The notes below the pieces were generated by a model, which was given only the letters and a program-made list of their open reading frames with translations, was not told the DNA's origin and made no database searches. This document shows, piece after piece, positions 35,473-41,022 of a stretch of DNA of 41,022 bases. Within the stretch, counting starts at the first letter, position 1. Each line of letters begins with the position of its first letter. The DNA comes from a virus (Duplodnaviria; Caudoviricetes). The DNA lies in IMG/VR virus record IMGVR_UViG_3300014613_000013, positions 1-41,022 of that record, one strand, 5' to 3'. A program made the translations under genes and the position numbers.

Positions 35473-36206
35473 AAAAGATATTATTAATATTAAGTATCAT
35501 ATTGGTTGGGTCTAGTTTATATGGGATTAATCGTAGTAAAGGTAGGTTATATTCGTATAAAGACACTAAATATCTTAATACTGAACTAGATAATATATAT
35601 TCTGCGTTAAACAGTAAATATATTAATGGTAATTATCAAATAAGTGGAGAGTTATTGGTTAATGGTAACTTAGGTATAGGGACAGCAACGCCAACAGATA
35701 AATTACATGTAGATGGAGATGTTACAATAGATGGCTCAATAAACTCAATATATTCTAATGTATTATCAGAAACAACAAATTATATTAATATAACTGGGCT
35801 AGATGGTGATAGTGATATTATTTATGAATTATATTTTTATGTTGTACCATTTGGAGCAATAGCAAATATTGAACTGACAATAAATTATGATTCAGGTGCT
35901 AATTATTATTTAGTTTATATTATAGGGAATGGGACTACTCCAACAACATCATCAGGTAGTGGTAATTATCTTGTTTTAGCTGGTGTTAATGCTGGGACAA
36001 TATCAATAGGCAAGTTTACAATATTTGCCAAATCAGGTAATTATAGGTCAGTAAGTGGATATTATCAAAGTTCAAGTGGTCTTGATACAGGAATACGAAC
36101 TGGTATGTGGAACAATAGTGCTGATAATATCACTAGTATACAATTGACAGCAAGTTCTAATAGTTTTAATACTGGTAGTTATTTTAAATTATATAAAAAG
36201 CGTTAG
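35469..36206 (+). CDS. Tail-associated protein with signal peptide
   Basis: MKKILLILSIILVGSSLYG|I; GNLGIGT; C-terminal ITSIQL..FNTGSYFKLY domain. Confidence 0.68.
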   Translation: MKKILLILSIILVGSSLYGINRSKGRLYSYKDTKYLNTELDNIYSALNSKYINGNYQISGELLVNGNLGIGTATPTDKLHVDGDVTIDGSINSIYSNVLSETTNYINITGLDGDSDIIYELYFYVVPFGAIANIELTINYDSGANYYLVYIIGNGTTPTTSSGSGNYLVLAGVNAGTISIGKFTIFAKSGNYRSVSGYYQSSSGLDTGIRTGMWNNSADNITSIQLTASSNSFNTGSYFKLYKKR

Positions 36207-36218
36207 GAGGAAACAAAA

Positions 36219-37553
36219 ATGGTACTACCAAGAATATCAATATCGCCTATGATGACAAAAGCAAAAGGAAAAGCTGAATCAGAAAAAAAAGAAAAAGAAA
36301 CCACAAGTCCACTAGATTGGTCTCCAGGTGGAGGGCGAACAAAAACACTAAGAACATTAATAGCAGATGATGTGGCGAACGGTACTAGGATTATGTTAGG
36401 CGAAGTCCCAGATTTGTCTAAAGAAGATGTTATTAAAGGTGTTAAAGAATATTTTGCATTACAAAATCTTGATACTGCTTCGGTATCGAGATTAACATTT
36501 GCACAAAATAGTAACGAGATAGATGTACAAGCTGTATATCAATTAGGGAAATTAAAAGAAATAGCTCCTGATGTTGATGTTACAGAACTTAATACTGTAG
36601 CTGAAAATGCATCAGGTGCAGATGATAAAGCTAAATTTTTGAGGTCAAGACAAGATGAATTTAAAACTAAACAGGCTGCATATAATGTAGAAAAAGAAAC
36701 TGAACAAAAAGAAGCAGGACAAGCTGAAGAAGCAAAAACTAAATATGGTGATGTACAAAAAATATATCAAGATTTAGGTTTAGAAGATATAATGACAGAC
36801 GATGATGTGCAACAGTTTGCAACACAAATTGCACAAGGTAACATAACAAATATAGGTTTAAGAAACTTTCTACAACAACAACCTGAGTATTTAGCAAAAC
36901 AATTTGAAATAGAACGAGCAGCAGCTAAAGAAGAAGCAGCAGTAGCACGTACAGAGTTAGGCCAACAGTTAGATACAAGTAGTTCTGAATTTTTAAAGAA
37001 AAAAGCATTGCCACAAATTGAGCGAGTATATTCTAGGTTAGGTGGTACAAATCGGGCATCAACAGCAGCAGCGTTAAGTGCAGCTACCGCAGATGTAGCA
37101 AAAGAAAGAGAGAATGTATTAGCGTCAGCAGGATTGCAAGATGCAGCTATGATGCAAGGGTATAGGCGTGAAGATTATTTAAACCAACAAAATGCAAATT
37201 ATCAAATGGCATTACAGAATTGGTATAACATGACAGGCTTACAAAACATGCAAAAACAACAAACATATCAAGCAAACCAAAATAAATTAGCACAGATATA
37301 TGGTACACAAGAACGACAATCTTCACAGAACTGGCAAGAATATATGGCTAATTTACAGCGTGGTTGGGCTAGTAAAGATCAAGCAGCAGCTCAAAAACAG
37401 CAAATGTGGGGAGCTTTAGCAGGTACTATAGGTATGGTAGGTATGGGTGCAGGAATAGGTGCATTATTTCCAGGTATAACTGCGGGCCAAGGAGCATTAT
37501 CAGGGTTTGCAGGTATGCCATACACACAATCAAATCCATATACAAGGGCATAG
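36219..37553 (+). CDS. Putative ejection/pilot protein
   Basis: Q/A-rich coiled coil with C-terminal Gly-rich hydrophobic segment (WGALAGTIGMVGMGAGIGALF). Confidence 0.6.
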   Translation: MVLPRISISPMMTKAKGKAESEKKEKETTSPLDWSPGGGRTKTLRTLIADDVANGTRIMLGEVPDLSKEDVIKGVKEYFALQNLDTASVSRLTFAQNSNEIDVQAVYQLGKLKEIAPDVDVTELNTVAENASGADDKAKFLRSRQDEFKTKQAAYNVEKETEQKEAGQAEEAKTKYGDVQKIYQDLGLEDIMTDDDVQQFATQIAQGNITNIGLRNFLQQQPEYLAKQFEIERAAAKEEAAVARTELGQQLDTSSSEFLKKKALPQIERVYSRLGGTNRASTAAALSAATADVAKERENVLASAGLQDAAMMQGYRREDYLNQQNANYQMALQNWYNMTGLQNMQKQQTYQANQNKLAQIYGTQERQSSQNWQEYMANLQRGWASKDQAAAQKQQMWGALAGTIGMVGMGAGIGALFPGITAGQGALSGFAGMPYTQSNPYTRA

Positions 37554-37562
37554 GAGGATAAC

Positions 37563-38606
37563 ATGGCAGTAGATTGGGTAACACCATTGTTAAGCGGTAT
37601 GCAAAAAGGTGCAGCAGGTGCTTATGGTGCTATGTTGTATGCTGAAGATGAGAAAGAAAAAAAAGCACAAAAAGAAATAGAGAATAAACGTAAAGAAAGA
37701 GAGTTTGCTGGTGATATGTTAGGAACATTAGACAAATATGGATTTACTCTTGATCCTTTACAGAAATATAAACTAGCAACTAACGCTTGGACAACATATG
37801 CAGGCACAGAGGTAACGCCTGATTATAACCAAATAGCGAATATAGGAACACAAGGATTAAGTAAAGAAACAGCGATGGCTCTTTTTAAAATGGCGGTTCC
37901 CAATGCTTCTAATAAAGAATTATTAAGTTTTGGCAATACTGTAGAGGGATTGCCATTAGATCAACAAAAACCATTTTTTCAACAATTAGACAAGAAAATG
38001 AATAAAACTATGGAAGGATTAAGCATAGAAAAACAGAACCAATATAACAAAGATGTATTTGCTAAAGCTAAAGAAATCGCACATAATTTAAATTGGGGAT
38101 TAGTTAAAGGTGATCCTGACTATGATCCTGCAATATATAAATATAACGAATATAAACCTAACCAACAAGAAATAGATGATTCTATGAAAGCAGCTAAAAA
38201 ATATATCCAAGGTGATATGGAAGGATACCAACAAGAAATAGAAAAACTAAGAAATATAGATAAAGAACCCGTAAGAACACAAATTAAGTTATGGATTCAA
38301 GATGGATATTCTGATAAAAAAATACAGAATAAATTGAAAAAACAAAAAATATCTCATTATACAGCGTATTATACAGAAATTCCAAAATTACGTGAAGGTG
38401 TTATGGATATTGAAGAAAAAGCAAAAAATAATTTTACTAAAGAAATAGAAATGTATAAAAAAACTGGATTGACTGATAGGGCAATAAAAGAAAAACTTAA
38501 AGAATTTAGGGGACAATTAGAGGCAACATTAAAAATGCCTGGTTTAACTCCTGAACAAATTAAACAAAACGAAACACTATTAGAACTAACAAAAAAATGG
38601 TTATAA
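37563..38606 (+). CDS. Putative internal virion/ejection protein
   Basis: Gly-rich amphipathic N-terminus then coiled coil; lies between the pilot-like and giant genes. Confidence 0.55.
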   Translation: MAVDWVTPLLSGMQKGAAGAYGAMLYAEDEKEKKAQKEIENKRKEREFAGDMLGTLDKYGFTLDPLQKYKLATNAWTTYAGTEVTPDYNQIANIGTQGLSKETAMALFKMAVPNASNKELLSFGNTVEGLPLDQQKPFFQQLDKKMNKTMEGLSIEKQNQYNKDVFAKAKEIAHNLNWGLVKGDPDYDPAIYKYNEYKPNQQEIDDSMKAAKKYIQGDMEGYQQEIEKLRNIDKEPVRTQIKLWIQDGYSDKKIQNKLKKQKISHYTAYYTEIPKLREGVMDIEEKAKNNFTKEIEMYKKTGLTDRAIKEKLKEFRGQLEATLKMPGLTPEQIKQNETLLELTKKWL

Positions 38607-38615
38607 GAGGATTAA

Positions 38616-41022
38616 ATGGGATTATTTGATTTAATAGAACAACCAGATGAAGAACAAAAAGAACCTATTGAACAGCCTATTGAACCAGCTAAAGAGAGTT
38701 CTTTATTTAATTTAATCGAACAACCAACAACAAATATTCAACAGGGTCTTGAACAGCCTAAAATGTCGTTAGCTGATAGGTTTATGACTTCGTTTAAAGC
38801 TGCAACTCCAATAGGATTGGCAAGTAAAGCTAAAGAAATGTTACCTGAACCTATAGAACGAGGTGTTGAGAATGTACAACGAGGAGCTATGGCATTAGCT
38901 CCAAGGTTAGCAAAAACTCCAGCAGGATTAGCAAAAAGTTTCGCTGAACAAGAGAAACCTTTAGCTGAAAGACTTACTGAAACATTTCTACCTATGGGTC
39001 AGATACAACACAAACTTGCTCCCGTTATTGAAGGTTTAACTGATAAAATCTTACCACAAAAAGAAAAACCCAAAAGTATGTATGAACGATCGCAATTCGA
39101 TAAGAAAATAATTGAGATAAGCGATAAAATAATAAAGAAGACTCAGGAATGGTCTAATAATAAAAACTTACAACAGATAGGTGATAAGCCTATGGATAAG
39201 TTTATGTATGGGTTAGGTAGTGGTTTAGCTTCGTTTGGAGCAGCAGCAGGATCAACACTAGCAACAGGCGGTAATCCTGCAATAGCAGCATTATTATTTG
39301 GTTCGATGCAATACTCTGATACTTATTTAAAATCAAGAGAAAAAGATAAATCAGTAGAAAAATCATTAGACGCAGCACTATTAGCAGGTGCAGCTGAAGG
39401 CGGATTGGAGTTTGTTGGGTTAGATTTATTTTTTAATAAGATAGGTAAACAAGCAGTCAAACAAGGTGGTAAAAAAATAACTAAATGGTTTAGTAATGTT
39501 GTTTTAAGAAGTTTAACTGAAGGTAGTCAAGAAGCTTCCCAGGAAATAGCTGGAGCAGCTATAGGTAAAGCATTTGATATTGAAGATAGAAAAACTCAAC
39601 AAATATTAAACGATGTAGGATTTTCAGCGTTAATAGGTGGTGTTATAGGTGGTGGATCATCTATGGTATTAGATACTGCTAAAAATATTGGGTTAGAACA
39701 GAAATTATTAGAAGCTGGTGTCCCACCAAAAGATGTAGAAAATGTTATTGTTACTACACAACAAAAGATAAATGAAGAATTCAAAGATATAAAAGTAAGT
39801 AAAGAAGAAATTCAAGAAAGAAAAAAAGAGATTGAAAAACAAAAGAAATTCATGACCGATCAAGTACAATTATTGAAAGAAGCGGATGTTGCTAAAGAAG
39901 ACTTACAAGGGTTTATTTTAGATAGAGATTTTGGTAGTCCTAAACTTAGGGAATTAATAACGAAATACGAGACAGGTGAAGTTGAAACTCGAGATGATAT
40001 ATTAGATTCTATTAAAGATAATTATAGGCAGTATAAGAAAAAAATAAGCAAGATTAAACCTGAACAGATAGAACAGCCTAAAACTGAAAAGCCTAAAACA
40101 CTGGCTGAAAGATTAATAGCTGAACAGGAAGCTAAGAAAGAAGAGCCTTTAATAAAAGAAGCTAAGAAGTATAAGACGGCTGAGGAGTTTGTGAAGGCAC
40201 AGACAAATGCAGTAAGGCAAGGTGCAATAGATAAAAATGGAGCATATTTTTCAACAGAAGGAACTTCAACTTATTTTGATTTAGAAAATACAAGAGCATT
40301 AAAATATAATATATCAGATGCGAAATTAGTACAAAGCGGAACGCCAGAAATGAGAGCAGTATTAGAAAATGCCAAAAAACTAAAAAACACACCAGAAGAA
40401 CTACAAAGAATAAATGATGCATTAAAGGCAGACAATTCAGCCGACAATTTTGTTGACTATATGTTATTTGACGAAGTTCCTTCAATCAAAAAATCGGCAG
40501 AACAATTGAAATATGATGGAGTAAAAATATGGGAGAACGATGACATAGCAGATCCAAGTTCTGTGTTTATATGGAATACCAATATAATCAAAACCAAATC
40601 CCAACTAACCGACATTTGGAACAAAGCCAATCAAAAGGCAAAAGAAGTTAAAGTTCCAATAGATTTAAAGCAAAAAGTAAAAGAAACTGCTGAATCTTTA
40701 AGAGATAAAGAAATCCAAGAATATGAGTTTAGCAAACAAGATGATATATTAAATAAGATAAAAGAAAAAGGTGGATTAGATATAAAATTCTTTAAAGGGA
40801 AAGAAGAAGTTAAGGATATTCCCCAATATGTTAGAATGCAGACATTTAAAAAAGGCGGGTTAGATTTAGATGATATGGCAGCTAGACTAAATATTGGAGA
40901 ACAAGAGTTATTACAACAGCTTAAAGATTATGAACCTGTATCAAAACCTAAAGGAACAGAGACTTTTTATGAAGATGCTAAAGATATAATTAAACAAGAG
41001 ATAGGTGAAGATGAATATAATA
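38616..41022 (+). CDS. N-terminal part of the giant ejection/polyvalent protein (absent from ORF track because it runs off the end)
   Basis: GAGG RBS, MGLFDLIEQP...; Gly/Ala hydrophobic helices and EGSQEASQE; joins 3..2900 in frame. Confidence 0.82.
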   Translation, partial: MGLFDLIEQPDEEQKEPIEQPIEPAKESSLFNLIEQPTTNIQQGLEQPKMSLADRFMTSFKAATPIGLASKAKEMLPEPIERGVENVQRGAMALAPRLAKTPAGLAKSFAEQEKPLAERLTETFLPMGQIQHKLAPVIEGLTDKILPQKEKPKSMYERSQFDKKIIEISDKIIKKTQEWSNNKNLQQIGDKPMDKFMYGLGSGLASFGAAAGSTLATGGNPAIAALLFGSMQYSDTYLKSREKDKSVEKSLDAALLAGAAEGGLEFVGLDLFFNKIGKQAVKQGGKKITKWFSNVVLRSLTEGSQEASQEIAGAAIGKAFDIEDRKTQQILNDVGFSALIGGVIGGGSSMVLDTAKNIGLEQKLLEAGVPPKDVENVIVTTQQKINEEFKDIKVSKEEIQERKKEIEKQKKFMTDQVQLLKEADVAKEDLQGFILDRDFGSPKLRELITKYETGEVETRDDILDSIKDNYRQYKKKISKIKPEQIEQPKTEKPKTLAERLIAEQEAKKEEPLIKEAKKYKTAEEFVKAQTNAVRQGAIDKNGAYFSTEGTSTYFDLENTRALKYNISDAKLVQSGTPEMRAVLENAKKLKNTPEELQRINDALKADNSADNFVDYMLFDEVPSIKKSAEQLKYDGVKIWENDDIADPSSVFIWNTNIIKTKSQLTDIWNKANQKAKEVKVPIDLKQKVKETAESLRDKEIQEYEFSKQDDILNKIKEKGGLDIKFFKGKEEVKDIPQYVRMQTFKKGGLDLDDMAARLNIGEQELLQQLKDYEPVSKPKGTETFYEDAKDIIKQEIGEDEYN
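40900..41022. repeat. Terminal direct repeat, copy 2
   Basis: Identical to 1-123. Confidence 0.97.

Noticed and set aside
40900-41022. 123-bp repeat as a biological virion terminal repeat
   Set aside because: It falls mid-gene with the frame preserved, as expected for assembler overlap of a circular or permuted genome.
1-41022. Alternative genetic code
   Set aside because: Core genes are full length in code 11; TAA, TAG and TGA all end genes at sensible boundaries; no suppressor tRNA.

Overview
The window is an apparently complete, circularly assembled, AT-rich tailed-phage genome. Bases 1-123 equal 40900-41022, so the unit length is 40,899 bp. It has two arms. The leftward early arm (~4.3-16.9 kb) encodes RecT/YqaJ/NinB/NinG recombination proteins, a replication initiator with internal iterons, SSB, two DNA methyltransferases, a glycerophosphodiesterase, tRNA-Glu and several structured RNAs. 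The rightward late arm (17.0 kb through the junction to 4.2 kb) encodes two GroES-like genes, terminase, portal, scaffold, major capsid protein, podovirus-type adaptor/nozzle/fibre genes, three ejection-type proteins (one of ~1727 aa spanning the junction) and a holin + DUF5675 lysis cassette. No integrase, DNA polymerase, reverse transcriptase or CRISPR array was recognised. The most unusual observations are: (1) six tail-module proteins, including the adaptor and nozzle homologues, start with Sec-type or lipoprotein signal peptides, suggesting an exported, envelope-assembled tail; (2) a 210-nt tRNA-Leu-like RNA with structured insertions in both the anticodon loop and T-loop; (3) two paralogous pseudoknotted leader RNAs; (4) two paralogous late attenuator-like elements; (5) a tandem-domain GroES plus a single GroES. 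All family assignments were made by eye from motifs; no searches were run.
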